The notes under the pieces are model-generated. The model was not told the origin of the DNA and made no database searches. It saw nothing but the letters and a program-made list of their open reading frames with translations. DNA of 57,989 bases from a virus (lineage: Duplodnaviria; Caudoviricetes), in the IMG/VR virus record IMGVR_UViG_3300044635_001982, positions 1-57,989 of that record. The stretch is one strand, 5' to 3'. This document shows positions 39,112 through 48,541 of this stretch, piece by piece; the stretch's first letter is position 1, and each line of letters starts with the position of its first letter. Both the position numbers and the translations under genes were made by a program.

Positions 39112-39163
39112 CATTGCCGCGCAATGTTTTTTGTTGACCGGGAGTGATACTCCCTGATAGTTT
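39112..39163. promoter_or_regulatory. Lysis-lysogeny switch: operators and rightward promoter
   Basis: Palindromes CATTGC-N3-GCAATG (39112-39126) and GGGAGT-N3-ACTCCC (39140-39154); TTGACC-N18-TAGTTT ends 6 nt before ATG 39170. Confidence 0.7.
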
Positions 39164-39169
39164 GGCGGC

Positions 39170-39364
39170 ATGAGCGAACCATCAGACACCCAACCCGAAG
39201 GCACCGACGAGGAACTCGTGCAGGTGGTAGTGAGCAGCTTTCCGAAGGCGCTGCTCGACGAGATCGACGCGGAGGCGAAACTGAACAACCGCACTCGCGC
39301 GGCGGAAATTCGGCACACCCTCGCGGAGCGCATGGCGGAACGCCGGAGCGCCCAAGCCGCCTAA
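39170..39364 (+). CDS. Arc-like RHH protein (Cro role inferred)
   Basis: VQVVVSSFPKALLDEIDAEAKLNNRTRAAEIR. Confidence 0.75.
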   Translation: MSEPSDTQPEGTDEELVQVVVSSFPKALLDEIDAEAKLNNRTRAAEIRHTLAERMAERRSAQAA

Positions 39365-39367
39365 GCC

Positions 39368-39703
39368 ATGCGGATCGAACTTCCACCGGAGGATTTTCGC
39401 GCCCTGGCGGAGCCGCTGCTGGCCCGCGTGGCCGGGGTGCTCGCGGCGCAGCTCGCCGCCTCGGCCACGGCGCTGGCGGAGGAATACGCGGCGGGCTACA
39501 TGGACAAGGAGGAGGCGGCGAAGTATCTCGGGATCGAAGTGCGGGCGCTGGAAAACTGGATGAAGCCGCTCCGCGAAGGCGGGCGGGCGCTGCCGCATTT
39601 GAAGGTGGGGGCGACGGTGCGTTTCCGGCGGTGCCGGATCGACGCCTGGGCTTTGGACTTGGAAGTGAACGCGCCGACGGTGGTGCTGGAAAGGGCGGCA
39701 TGA
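39368..39703 (+). CDS. Excisionase-like HTH protein
   Basis: YMDKEEAAKYLGIEVRALENW...LPHLKVGATVRF. Confidence 0.8.
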   Translation: MRIELPPEDFRALAEPLLARVAGVLAAQLAASATALAEEYAAGYMDKEEAAKYLGIEVRALENWMKPLREGGRALPHLKVGATVRFRRCRIDAWALDLEVNAPTVVLERAA

Positions 39704-39812
39704 GGAGGCCGGTTGACGCTTTCGCGGGTGGTTTGTGGGGTCTGGTGATGAAAGACCAAACTACGACCGATGACGGCGGGCGCGACGCGACCGGACGGAA
39801 AGGGGGAGAGGA

Positions 39813-40049
39813 ATGATCTCGCTGAACCTCCTGTTTGGATCGGCAGCCGCGATGGTTCTGCTGATGGCGCTGGTGGTGGGTTGGTGGGCGGGGTATTCGG
39901 CGGGCCGGGCGCGCCGGGAGCAGGACCGCGAGATCGACAAGCACGCCGGGTATCTGGCCGGGGTGCGCGCGGAGCGCGCGGCGCAGGCGCGAGAGCCCCT
40001 TTGGCTGGAGGATGACGGGGAGCAGTGGAAGAGGGGGGGACGGTCATGA
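39813..40049 (+). CDS. Small membrane protein
   Basis: N-terminal TM; coupled to a 22-aa leader ORF at 39748-39816. Confidence 0.5.
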   Translation: MISLNLLFGSAAAMVLLMALVVGWWAGYSAGRARREQDREIDKHAGYLAGVRAERAAQAREPLWLEDDGEQWKRGGRS

Positions 40050-40204
40050 CGCGGCGATTCCTCCCGACAACCGCCCCGCGCGAGCATCGCCGAGCAGGAG
40101 CGCAACCGCATCACCGCCGCCGCCTGAAAACCCTTTACGTGACGCAGTAAAAGAAATGCCCGCGCCGTGCAGCAAACACGACGCGGGCCACAGAACCAAG
40201 ACAC

Positions 40205-40894
40205 ATGACCAATAGCACAGAACCAACCGAAACCCAAACGCCCGCGAACCCCGTCTATCGGATTCCCGGAGAACTCTACCACCGCGGCCAATGGTGCCGC
40301 GTCATCACCGGCGCCGCCGAGACCGTGATCGTCGCCTACTGCAGCGGCCCCGACTACGCGAAGCATCGAGAGGTGCCACGCGCCGAACTGGAGGGCGGCG
40401 CGGACATCGACGATCTGATCCGCAAGCAGCACGACAATCTCGGATTTTCCTACCTCGTCGCCCAGCGCTCATCCCATAGCCAGTGCCTGCTGGTGGCGGG
40501 GTTTCTCACCCCGTCCGATGCGCAGCATTTTGCCGAATGGATCAAGGGCACGGTGATGACGCCGGGCGAGTATCTCGCGGCGAGAAGCGCCATCTGGCAG
40601 AGATGCCAGGACGAGGTCATGGCTTCGCGGGCTCTCCTCGATGCCGAGATTCGCGCCGCGCTCCAGCCGGTGCGTGCGGCGCTGCCTTCCGACGTGGCGG
40701 TGTATATCGACACGGCCTCCAGCGGCGAAGGATTCACGGCCACGGCCAGCGAACTCGACCTCTCCGACATCAACGGCTCGCGCCGGCTGTTTGAGGAGAC
40801 CTATACGACCATCGCCGCAGCGGCATCCGCGCTGGCGGGCTTTGCCGTGCGGATGAACACGCAACGCGCAGCGGAAAGCGGGGTGGCGGCATGA
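40205..40894 (+). CDS. Hypothetical early protein
   Basis: 229 aa; start of an ATGA-coupled gene chain. Confidence 0.65.
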   Translation: MTNSTEPTETQTPANPVYRIPGELYHRGQWCRVITGAAETVIVAYCSGPDYAKHREVPRAELEGGADIDDLIRKQHDNLGFSYLVAQRSSHSQCLLVAGFLTPSDAQHFAEWIKGTVMTPGEYLAARSAIWQRCQDEVMASRALLDAEIRAALQPVRAALPSDVAVYIDTASSGEGFTATASELDLSDINGSRRLFEETYTTIAAAASALAGFAVRMNTQRAAESGVAA

Positions 40895-41100
40895 GCGCGG
40901 CCATCACTAGCGCCGAGCAGGCGGCCAACGTCCTCGACAACCTGCGGCACGATCTGAGGTTGCGCCACTGGCATCCCTGGATCGACGGCGCGGGCCGGCG
41001 TCGGGCGGTGCGGAGCTACATCCGCGACGCCGTCGCACGGCTGCGCGACTGGCGGGTCAGGAAGGCGCGGTCGGAAGCGGGAAAGGCGGTGTCCGCATGA
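40891..41100 (+). CDS. Hypothetical protein
   Basis: ATGA overlaps on both sides. Confidence 0.6.
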   Translation: MSAAITSAEQAANVLDNLRHDLRLRHWHPWIDGAGRRRAVRSYIRDAVARLRDWRVRKARSEAGKAVSA

Positions 41101-41396
41101 GCAAGCCCGGACCCAGTCGCGACCGCCGCGAGGCGAAGCGCAAACTCGCCCGCAGTGCGGCGTCCGCGCTTTCCATTACCCGACTCGGCCAGCCCGTGAC
41201 CGTTCGCATGGGCGACGGCAGCTTTCACCAGACCACCGTGACCCGCCTGCCCTGGCTGCAAGGCACCGTCTGGTTTGTGGGCCTGGCCTGCATGCCCGCC
41301 GGCGCTCCCTGCAACGCTGTCACCTCGACTCTACCCTCCACCGCCGGCGCGGTGCTGGCCAAGGCCGGGCTGCGGATGGAAAGGGGGGGCGCGTGA
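41097..41396 (+). CDS. Hypothetical protein
   Basis: Coupled chain. Confidence 0.55.
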   Translation: MSKPGPSRDRREAKRKLARSAASALSITRLGQPVTVRMGDGSFHQTTVTRLPWLQGTVWFVGLACMPAGAPCNAVTSTLPSTAGAVLAKAGLRMERGGA

Positions 41397-41827
41397 ACCT
41401 CCTGAGCGTCCTCGATAACTTTGCGGCCTCGCCGGAGTGCGTGGCGCAGAACGCATTCCACGAAACGAAGACGCGGAATCGGATCGCGTCGCTGCGCGAG
41501 GAGGCGGCCGTGTTGCGGGAAGAGGCCGCCGAGATGGAGGAGAAAGCTAGACAGATCGAGTCCGCGACCAGGAAGGTTGATCCCGCTTTGCCCGCACTGG
41601 CCGCGCGCTGGATGCTCGCGCATCTGCCGGTCAGCCCTTTCGTCGCGGAGCGGCTCGAAGTCTCCGCGCAGACCGGCGACGTGCGGGTGCCGCGCGCCGT
41701 CGCGCTGCTCTACGGAATCGCGCTACCGTCGGATTTCTTCCCACCCATCCCCTCGCGGGAAAGGATCGCCCGCGGGAACATGGATGGGCTGGAGATGTTC
41801 GCTGGGCCTTTGGAGATCAGACCATGA
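41393..41827 (+). CDS. Hypothetical coiled-coil protein
   Basis: Coupled chain. Confidence 0.6.
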   Translation: MNLLSVLDNFAASPECVAQNAFHETKTRNRIASLREEAAVLREEAAEMEEKARQIESATRKVDPALPALAARWMLAHLPVSPFVAERLEVSAQTGDVRVPRAVALLYGIALPSDFFPPIPSRERIARGNMDGLEMFAGPLEIRP

Positions 41828-42051
41828 GCAAACGCCCATCCGATGTCCACGTCGTCATCGACCCGCACACGCGCGGGTCGAGCTTTGGCATGTGGTGCCA
41901 GCACTGCGGGGCCCGGAAGCAGATCGCCCTGCCCATCGGCATTACGGACTTCGCCCGCATCACCAAACGCTTCGTCCGCGACCATCGCCCATGCCCGCAA
42001 TCTGTCGGTGAGGCAGTCGGGGCGCCCATCGCGAGGGAGGTAGAGCCATGA
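41824..42051 (+). CDS. Small Zn-binding protein
   Basis: CQHC...HRPC; coupled chain. Confidence 0.6.
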   Translation: MSKRPSDVHVVIDPHTRGSSFGMWCQHCGARKQIALPIGITDFARITKRFVRDHRPCPQSVGEAVGAPIAREVEP

Positions 42052-42347
42052 TGCGAGCCTGGGATTTCGTGTTGGACGTGCTGCTGCGCACGACGGCGGG
42101 CGAGCTTTTCCTGTGGGTGCTCGGCTTTTGTCTGCTCATCGGGATCCTGCTGCTCGTCGTCTCGATCCTTTGCGACATCCGCCGCCACCGGCGAGACGAG
42201 CGCGAAGCGGGCGTGCGGCGGCTGATGGAGGGATTGAGCGCGGATTCGCACCTGACGATCTGCCGCCACGGCGTGGCCGGCCATCGCCCGTGCCCGGAGT
42301 GCTGGGAGTGGCTGAGCCAGATCGGGGGAAAGGACAGGAAGCCATGA
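42048..42347 (+). CDS. Membrane protein with C-terminal Cys/His cluster
   Basis: TM followed by CRHG...CPEC; coupled chain. Confidence 0.55.
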   Translation: MMRAWDFVLDVLLRTTAGELFLWVLGFCLLIGILLLVVSILCDIRRHRRDEREAGVRRLMEGLSADSHLTICRHGVAGHRPCPECWEWLSQIGGKDRKP

Positions 42348-42808
42348 GAGTTCCGATGGACCCATACCTATTGCTGATCTTCGCGGCGGCGGCCGGGGCG
42401 ATTGCCTGGACTGCGCTGCAGGCTCTGATAGGGAAAGTCCGCACGCGGATCAATGCCCGGCGGGTGACGATCGGCAGAAATCTCACGGACACCTGGGCGG
42501 GAAAGGTGCTGCGGGAACCGGCCACCGGGCAGGTGAGCCTGTGCGTGGCCACGGCACTGCGCACGGAAAGCCCGTGGCAACGCTGGGTGCGGGCGCAGCC
42601 GGTGCTGCTGCTGACCCACAACCGCGAGGTCGCCGCGCGCTTCCGCTGCCCGTGCATGATGTGTGTGATGTCGCGAGGCTTCGTGACGAAAGTAGGGATG
42701 GACAGCGGACGCATCCGCACCGTGCCCGCAAAGCAATGCGCGATCGCGCCGGCCACGGAAGCCGCCGCCTTTCTAGCCAGCATCCCAACAGCCGAGGAGG
42801 AAGCATGA
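42344..42808 (+). CDS. Membrane-anchored hypothetical protein
   Basis: N-terminal TM; coupled chain. Confidence 0.55.
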   Translation: MRVPMDPYLLLIFAAAAGAIAWTALQALIGKVRTRINARRVTIGRNLTDTWAGKVLREPATGQVSLCVATALRTESPWQRWVRAQPVLLLTHNREVAARFRCPCMMCVMSRGFVTKVGMDSGRIRTVPAKQCAIAPATEAAAFLASIPTAEEEA

Positions 42809-43056
42809 AGCGGGTTGAGCCGCTTTGGGTGAAGCTCATGGTCTTTCATGGGCGCTGGCGCTCGCGAGCGATCTACACCGAAAACGCGGTGGGGCGGTGG
42901 TTCTATCGGATTACCTACGCCGTCACATTTAGACTTATCGAATGGATTACGCTGCGCCTCCAAGCCAGAGCGTGGCGGGCCGAGAAGGAGACTAGCCGCG
43001 CGCGTCCGATGCCTTCCAACCCTTCACCTAGAAACGAACCCGCACCCATCGACTGA
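42805..43056 (+). CDS. Hypothetical protein
   Basis: GAGGAGG RBS and ATGA overlap. Confidence 0.5.
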   Translation: MKRVEPLWVKLMVFHGRWRSRAIYTENAVGRWFYRITYAVTFRLIEWITLRLQARAWRAEKETSRARPMPSNPSPRNEPAPID

Positions 43057-43171
43057 CTTGCCCGCGGGCAGTGCCCGACTTGTTCTTTCCATAGTGAACA
43101 TAGACCGGAGCCGGGCGGGCGCGAACTTGCCCGGCTCCCCCAATGACTTAACCCGCCGTCAATCCCGCCCC

Positions 43172-43513
43172 ATGCCCGACCAACCCATCCGACCCATCCC
43201 TCTTCCGCAGTCCGACCCGGAATCTCTCTCCCATCCTTTTCCCGCGAACCTGCCGGCGGATAAGTGCCTGGCGCTGCTGCGCGCGGGCCGGGCGGTGCGT
43301 TATGAGACGCGCGAACTGGCGGGGGCATTCATGGAGATCACCCTCCACGGCAAAACGAGCCGACTGCCCGTCCCGGGCCGCTATGCGGTGATTGCGCACG
43401 CCGACGGCGCGGAAACGCTCGCGGCGCTCAATCTCACCGGGGAGCAGGCGCGCGACCGCGTGAAGCGGCTGAACGCGCCGGGCCGCCCCTCGGGAACTTA
43501 CTCGCTCTCGTGA
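43172..43513 (+). CDS. Hypothetical protein
   Basis: Class-L-like motif upstream; overlaps the polX start. Confidence 0.5.
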   Translation: MPDQPIRPIPLPQSDPESLSHPFPANLPADKCLALLRAGRAVRYETRELAGAFMEITLHGKTSRLPVPGRYAVIAHADGAETLAALNLTGEQARDRVKRLNAPGRPSGTYSLS

Positions 43514-44151
43514 TGGCCGAGTGTGCCCCAACGCATGAGACGGCGGAGCATCACGCGCTGCTGGCGGAGTCGGCGGCGCCGGTGAAGTTTGCGCGGGCGG
43601 CGGCGATCGAGGTCGCACGGGAGCTGCTGGCACATGTGTCGCCGTGCGCCGAGCGGGTGCTGATCGCGGGCTCGCTGCGGAGGAGGAAGGCGATGGTCGG
43701 CGATGTGGAGCTGCTCTTTATCCCGCGGATGAAGGAAGGCTTTCGCGGCGATCTGCTGGCTCCGCCGCCGATGGTCTCGATGGTGGACGAGGCTTTGGAG
43801 CAGTTGATCGCTGAGGGCATCATCGCGCGCCGGCTGAGTGTGAAAGGGACGGCGTCCTGGGGAGCGAAGAACAAGCTCGCGGTGCATGTGGAGAGCGGGA
43901 TCCCGGTGGACCTTTTTGCCGCGACGGCCGCGAACTGGTGGAACTACGTGGTCTGCCGGACGGGTGGATCGCGGAGTAACATCGCGATCTGCAACGCGGC
44001 GCGGGAGCGCGGGTGGAAGTGGCGTCCGTATGGCGAGGGCTTTACCCGCGTGGGCGGACCGGACCACGGCCGCGTGCATGCGGTGGCGAGCGAGCGGGAG
44101 GTCTTTGAGTTTGTGGGTCTGCCATGCCTTTCGCCGGAGGAAAGATGCTGA
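43510..44151 (+). CDS. Minimal family X DNA polymerase (palm+thumb)
   Basis: AGSLRR...GDVELL, VDLF, RTG and SEREVFEFVGLPCLSPEER. Confidence 0.88.
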   Translation: MMAECAPTHETAEHHALLAESAAPVKFARAAAIEVARELLAHVSPCAERVLIAGSLRRRKAMVGDVELLFIPRMKEGFRGDLLAPPPMVSMVDEALEQLIAEGIIARRLSVKGTASWGAKNKLAVHVESGIPVDLFAATAANWWNYVVCRTGGSRSNIAICNAARERGWKWRPYGEGFTRVGGPDHGRVHAVASEREVFEFVGLPCLSPEERC

Positions 44152-44408
44152 TGAAACTCGCGCGCAAAAAGGCCAGGGCGAACGCCGTGGAGCCGGGATG
44201 CGGTGCGCCGCCGGCGGGGCCGGGTCTTTGCTGGGTGCGCTGCGCGCACGCCGGGCGGCTGATCGCGCACTGCGATGGCCAGGCTCCTTTCCTCCGGATC
44301 TCGCTGCTGGACCCGTGGCAGGGCAAGTGCATCCCAAACATCACCGCGAAATCCATCGAGGCGCTGACGTGGCTCGGGAAGATTCCTGAGCCGGAGGAGG
44401 CACGATGA
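44151..44408 (+). CDS. Hypothetical protein
   Basis: Coupled between polX and ASCH. Confidence 0.5.
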   Translation: MKLARKKARANAVEPGCGAPPAGPGLCWVRCAHAGRLIAHCDGQAPFLRISLLDPWQGKCIPNITAKSIEALTWLGKIPEPEEAR

Positions 44409-44848
44409 AGGCGATCACGATCATGCAGCCTTGGGCGTCGCTCGTGGCGATCGGGATCAAGCGCTTCGAGACGCGGAGCGGGCGGACGCATTATCGCGGC
44501 CCGCTGGCGATCCATGCCTCGGCGGCTTATCCGCGCGCGAACCGCGCGCTGGCGGAAACGCCGGCGTTTCGCTACGCGCTGCGCAATGTGCGCGGGCCGC
44601 TGCCGCGCGGAATGGTGCTGGCGACGTGCGAGCTGGTTTGCTGCACGGCGACCGAGTCGCTGACGGATCAGCTCGATCTGCTGCAGCTCGGCGCAACGGA
44701 CATGCTCCTTGCCCAATTCCAGTTCGGGGATTTCACGCCCGGCCGTTTCGCGTTGGGGCTGAGCGAGGCCCGGCAGTTGCCGACGCCGATCCCGGCGAAA
44801 GGCTCACTCGGGCTGTGGGAATGGAATGGAGGCCCGAGCCAGCTATGA
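44405..44848 (+). CDS. ASCH domain protein
   Basis: MKAITIMQPWASLVAIGIKRFETR...YRGPLAIHA...KGSLGLWEW. Confidence 0.92.
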   Translation: MKAITIMQPWASLVAIGIKRFETRSGRTHYRGPLAIHASAAYPRANRALAETPAFRYALRNVRGPLPRGMVLATCELVCCTATESLTDQLDLLQLGATDMLLAQFQFGDFTPGRFALGLSEARQLPTPIPAKGSLGLWEWNGGPSQL

Positions 44849-45621
44849 GTGAGCGGCCTTTTTACACATGCCCCGGAGCCGTGTGGCTGCGTGACCCCGT
44901 GCTGAACGGCTGCAGCGAGGACGCCATCGCCATTTTCAAAATCATCTGTGAAGCCTCGAACCGCGACTGGCGGATCGAGGTGAGTCCCGTGAACCACGCT
45001 TTCAGCGTGCGGCAGTGCATCAAAGATCCGAACCGCTTTCGACGCTGGTCCGAGGAGAGAATAAACCGAAGCCTCGGCGAGTTGCGAGCCCGCGGGTGCC
45101 TTTTCCTTGCTACCTCATCCGACCGGGAATGGATCGAGGTGCCCGACCGGCTCGCTTATTGCAAAGGTCACAAGGCCGAGGCTGCGCTTGGTCCGCCCGT
45201 GCAGATGCCCCTGGCGATTCCGAAAGCGGAGCCGGACTTGTTTGTCGTGCCCGACATTCCAGTGAGAGCAGAGAAGAAGGAGAGCAAAGCTCCCGAATCC
45301 GCGCGCGAGCCGGGTGCGCCGCCGAATGGGAATCGGGCTCTGGCGAGCGGTAGGGAAACGAGCTTCGCTCGTTCCCCGGAAGAGTTCGCGCAGACCGCTT
45401 TGGGGCGCAGGCTGGCAAAGTTCATCGGCCCGGCACAGATGGTCGAGGAGGCCAAGCAAAGCGGAGCGGAGTGGATGCGCATCCTGCGCGAGGAAGGAAC
45501 GGCTCTTGGTGAGCTGCTCGACCAGGGTGAACGCACGAGGGCCGAAATGCCGAACGGCGCAACGCGGGCGAAGTTCCTTACGCTTCGACTAGGTCAAAGA
45601 AGGGGGAGGAAGTCCGCATGA
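44845..45621 (+). CDS. Putative replication initiator
   Basis: FY..GAVWLRDPVLNGCSEDA resembles the N-terminus of phage replisome-organiser proteins. Confidence 0.5.
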   Translation: MSERPFYTCPGAVWLRDPVLNGCSEDAIAIFKIICEASNRDWRIEVSPVNHAFSVRQCIKDPNRFRRWSEERINRSLGELRARGCLFLATSSDREWIEVPDRLAYCKGHKAEAALGPPVQMPLAIPKAEPDLFVVPDIPVRAEKKESKAPESAREPGAPPNGNRALASGRETSFARSPEEFAQTALGRRLAKFIGPAQMVEEAKQSGAEWMRILREEGTALGELLDQGERTRAEMPNGATRAKFLTLRLGQRRGRKSA

Positions 45622-45736
45622 GTGAGCGCACTAGCAGCGCGCGGGTCTGCGAACCCCGAGTAAGAGCCGCGCGTGAGTCGCAGAGAAAGCCCGGTGGGGA
45701 GCGGGCGGAGTTTTCACGCCCAACCAACTAACATTC

Positions 45737-46396
45737 ATGAACGCCATCGAACTCTACCACTCCAACGGAAAGCCGTGCGGCATCTACCACTGCGAGAAGT
45801 GCAGCGTCGTGCATCGAACGAAACAACTGGCGGATGAGTGCTGCCTGCCGCGCGTCTGCGATTGCGGCGCTGAATGCCCGCAACCCTACACGGTCTGCGA
45901 TGAGTGCCGCCGCAAGAAAGACATCGCCCGCGAGCGATCCCGATTCGATGCTGCGGAAAAGGTGAAGGAATGGAGCGGGCCAGTCTGCGCGCCACACAGC
46001 GACCGCTACGGAAGAAACCTCGACGAGCTGCTGGAACTGCTCGACTACGACGAATCCGACCCGCCGGAATACGTCTGGACCTGCTCGGAGCGCCCTGTCT
46101 GCCATCTCGATTACGGCTCCATCATCGAGGGTGCGACGAGTGACGCTTACGAGGACTTCGATCCCGACTCACTTCACGGAGAAAAGGAACTGACTGAAGC
46201 TCTCGAAAAGTTCAACGCGCTGAACAAGGAAAACGTCGTTTGGGAGCCGAATTACAAGGTGGCGCTCGTGCTCGAAGCGGCAGGGCGGGCGGCTGCGGAT
46301 GGGAGTGCTGACGAGACGGGTGAAGCGAAGAGCGGCGCGGGTTCAGCTAGCGATGGAACTGAGGAGCGCCGGGAGCCGCGCCCCACCGAAACCTGA
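45737..46396 (+). CDS. Cys-rich hypothetical protein ending inside the distal attC
   Basis: 219 aa with several CxxC motifs; possibly a degenerate fifth cassette. Confidence 0.75.
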   Translation: MNAIELYHSNGKPCGIYHCEKCSVVHRTKQLADECCLPRVCDCGAECPQPYTVCDECRRKKDIARERSRFDAAEKVKEWSGPVCAPHSDRYGRNLDELLELLDYDESDPPEYVWTCSERPVCHLDYGSIIEGATSDAYEDFDPDSLHGEKELTEALEKFNALNKENVVWEPNYKVALVLEAAGRAAADGSADETGEAKSGAGSASDGTEERREPRPTET

Positions 46397-46508
46397 GACA
46401 AGTAACCAATATGAGAACTGAACCAATGAATCCAAAACCAACCGCCGACAGCAACGCCGAGACTACCAACCCCAGCGGAGAAGCGTCTCCTCCAGTGACT
46501 GGTTCGGC
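46345..46508 (-). other. attC site 4 (distal; R' core GCT)
   Basis: + strand: AGCTAGC-N6-ACTGAGG...CCTCCAGT-N5-GTTCGGC, with an extra C in the L box and an extra T three bases inward. Confidence 0.8.
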
Positions 46509-46740
46509 GTTTGGTGAACTCACGATATGGGAGGAGGAAGGGGGCTACTGCTCCCCTGCAATCAGCGTGAAAACAGAAGGTGGGGAAATCTCCATCGAAG
46601 ACCTGATCGAGCAAGTAATCCCCGGCTGCCCGATGAGTGGCGGCGGCACGGGACACCGCGTCGAAATCACTGTGCGTCTCATTGCGCCGAACCGCCTAGC
46701 TCTGGCACAGCCGGAGCGTAACCAGACACCGACACCATGA
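46411..46740 (+). CDS. Cassette 4 hypothetical protein
   Basis: Starts in the attC4 loop and stops in the attC3 loop. Confidence 0.7.
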   Translation: MRTEPMNPKPTADSNAETTNPSGEASPPVTGSAFGELTIWEEEGGYCSPAISVKTEGGEISIEDLIEQVIPGCPMSGGGTGHRVEITVRLIAPNRLALAQPERNQTPTP

Positions 46741-46785
46741 AAAACTCCACCACTCCGGCTGTTGTCCAGCAGCGCCTTGTTCGGC
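46686..46785 (-). other. attC site 3
   Basis: + strand: GCCGAAC-N6-GCTCTGG-CACAGCCGGAG...CTCCGGCTGTTGT-CCAGCAGC-N5-GTTCGGC. Confidence 0.92.
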
Positions 46786-47054
46786 CTCATTGGATCATCG
46801 CTCCAAGAGGATATGCTGAACCCGATCCACCATACCGATCCCGCTTCAACTTTGTGTGGTGGTTCTGGCTGCCACGCCTCCACACGCAAACGCCCGACGC
46901 CATGAATCCGCGAGTGATCCGTCTCATCTGGCTCTGCTTCGCGGTGGGGCTAGACATCTGGGGCAAGGAGTCGCGGATGTATTGGCCGAACGACGGAGCT
47001 AAACGGCGCAGTGAGCCGAGCGTTGACGAAGCTGGAGACAAATCGCCGTTATGA
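46737..47054 (+). CDS. Cassette 3 Trp-rich hypothetical protein
   Basis: ATGA overlaps lie inside attC3 and attC2. Confidence 0.7.
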   Translation: MKNSTTPAVVQQRLVRPHWIIAPRGYAEPDPPYRSRFNFVWWFWLPRLHTQTPDAMNPRVIRLIWLCFAVGLDIWGKESRMYWPNDGAKRRSEPSVDEAGDKSPL

Positions 47055-47148
47055 GCATGGAGCGCGTTCACTTACCGGAAGCGGAGGCCAGCGGCGGGAG
47101 CGCAAACAACCGCAGCGGAGAGGCGTCCGTTTCAGCGATTGGTTATCC
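46985..47148 (-). other. attC site 2
   Basis: + strand: GCCGAAC-N6-GCTAAAC-GGCGC...GCGTCC-GTTTCAGC-N5-GTTATCC. Confidence 0.88.
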
Positions 47149-47989
47149 CCTGGCGGTTGAACTTAGCGGGCGCGCAAAATGCAATGGAAGCAGCGGTCTG
47201 GTGGGAGTGGGGGGACTTCGTAAATTCGAGGCCGAAGGCGTGACTTTGATTCTCGCGGACTGCCGCGAGATCAAACTGCCGAGCTTCGATTGCGTCGTGA
47301 GTGACCCGCCCTACGGCTGCAAATACGTCGGCTCGCCGGGCACAACGCACCGAACCGGAATCCACTCCAAAGGCAGCGGCCGGGGCGAGCGCACGCGGGA
47401 AACCGTGATGCACGACGATGAGCCGTTCGACGTGGCGCGGTGGGTTCAGTGGCCGTGTGCGTTCAGCGGGGCGCAACACTACTACGACCGGCTTCCGGCT
47501 GGCGGATCGCTGCACTCGTGGGACAAGCGCGGGGACTACAAACGCACGAGCTTCGCCGACGCGGACATCATCTGGTGCTCTCGGAAGATGAACGCGCAAA
47601 CTTTCCGGCTGGTGTGGCGCGGCCTCTGCCGCCACGCGGAAAACAGCGACCCGATCCTGCACCCGACGCAAAAGCCGGTGTCGCTGATGCAATGGATGCT
47701 CTCGCTCGTCGAAGGAGCAACGGTGCTCGACCCCTACATGGGCAGCGGCACGACGGGCATCGCGTGCATCCGAGACGGGCGGCGATTCGTGGGCGTCGAA
47801 AAAGACCCAGCCCACTTTGCAATCGCCGTGCAGCGCATCCGCACGGAGCTTGCCCAGGGCGTTCTGTTCCGAGCGGGCGGCGGGGGTGCGGAGCCGGTGA
47901 GAGAAACCGCCGCTTCGGAACCGCCAAGGGATAACGATGAAGCTGACCGATCCGGGGCAGCCAAGCGGCGCAACAACGAAGGAGCATAG
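47051..47989 (+). CDS. Cassette 2: beta-class N4C/N6A DNA methyltransferase
   Basis: SDPPY precedes HPTQKP and DPYMGSGTTG. Confidence 0.92.
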   Translation: MSMERVHLPEAEASGGSANNRSGEASVSAIGYPLAVELSGRAKCNGSSGLVGVGGLRKFEAEGVTLILADCREIKLPSFDCVVSDPPYGCKYVGSPGTTHRTGIHSKGSGRGERTRETVMHDDEPFDVARWVQWPCAFSGAQHYYDRLPAGGSLHSWDKRGDYKRTSFADADIIWCSRKMNAQTFRLVWRGLCRHAENSDPILHPTQKPVSLMQWMLSLVEGATVLDPYMGSGTTGIACIRDGRRFVGVEKDPAHFAIAVQRIRTELAQGVLFRAGGGGAEPVRETAASEPPRDNDEADRSGAAKRRNNEGA

Positions 47990-48115
47990 AATGCCATCGC
48001 CGCACGAATACTACTGCTGTTGTCGTGAGTGCCGGGCCGCACGCAGCGTGCTAACTGCGATCACGGAGCCGCGCGTCGGGGCTGCCACGGATTCGCGTCC
48101 AGCGCTTGGTTCAGT
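47929..48115 (-). other. attC site 1
   Basis: + strand: GGATAAC-N6-GCTGACC-GATCCGGGGCAGCC...GGCTGCCACGGATTCG-CGTCCAGC-N5-GTTCAGT. Confidence 0.85.
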
Positions 48116-48212
48116 GCCGTTCGGATTACAGCCCCGCGCCGCTCGCACGAAAGACCCGGCGGGGAGTGGGCGGAGTTCCAAAAAGAATCTTCAAACTTTC
48201 TTCACTTTCCGC

Positions 48213-48241
48213 TTGCCAGCTATACCGGAGTCACGTATAGA
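48213..48241 (+). promoter_or_regulatory. sigma70 promoter with operator inside cassette 1
   Basis: TTGCCA-N17-TATAGA, 6 nt before ATG 48248; palindrome CTATAC-N9-GTATAG at 48220-48240. Confidence 0.7.
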
Positions 48242-48247
48242 AGAGAC

Positions 48248-48541
48248 ATGACAACGAACCAAATCCAAATCGGAACCAAAATCGAACGCATCGCCAGCGA
48301 CTACACCGGAGGCCGCAAGGGCACGGTGATCGAAATCAAAGACGGTCGAGCCCGCATCGTGTGGGATGCCGGCCACCCTCGGACGTGGATCAAGTTTGCC
48401 GCTTTGCTCGTGCTCGCGCAGCCGTCGCAGACGGTGCGCGGCGAGTGGGTCGCAACTCCCGGCAGCAAGCGACACAGCGCAATCCGGGTTTGCACAAACG
48501 AAGCGCGCGGCGAAACCTGGCACGAATACCAAAAGCTATGA
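48248..48541 (+). CDS. Cassette 1 small SH3-like beta protein
   Basis: IQIGTKIER...GRKGTVIEIKDGRARIVWD; 97 aa. Confidence 0.7.
   Translation: MTTNQIQIGTKIERIASDYTGGRKGTVIEIKDGRARIVWDAGHPRTWIKFAALLVLAQPSQTVRGEWVATPGSKRHSAIRVCTNEARGETWHEYQKL

Noticed and set aside
45549-45640. Additional attC starting at GCCGAAC 45549
   Set aside because: No complementary L box or GTT core at the proper spacing downstream.
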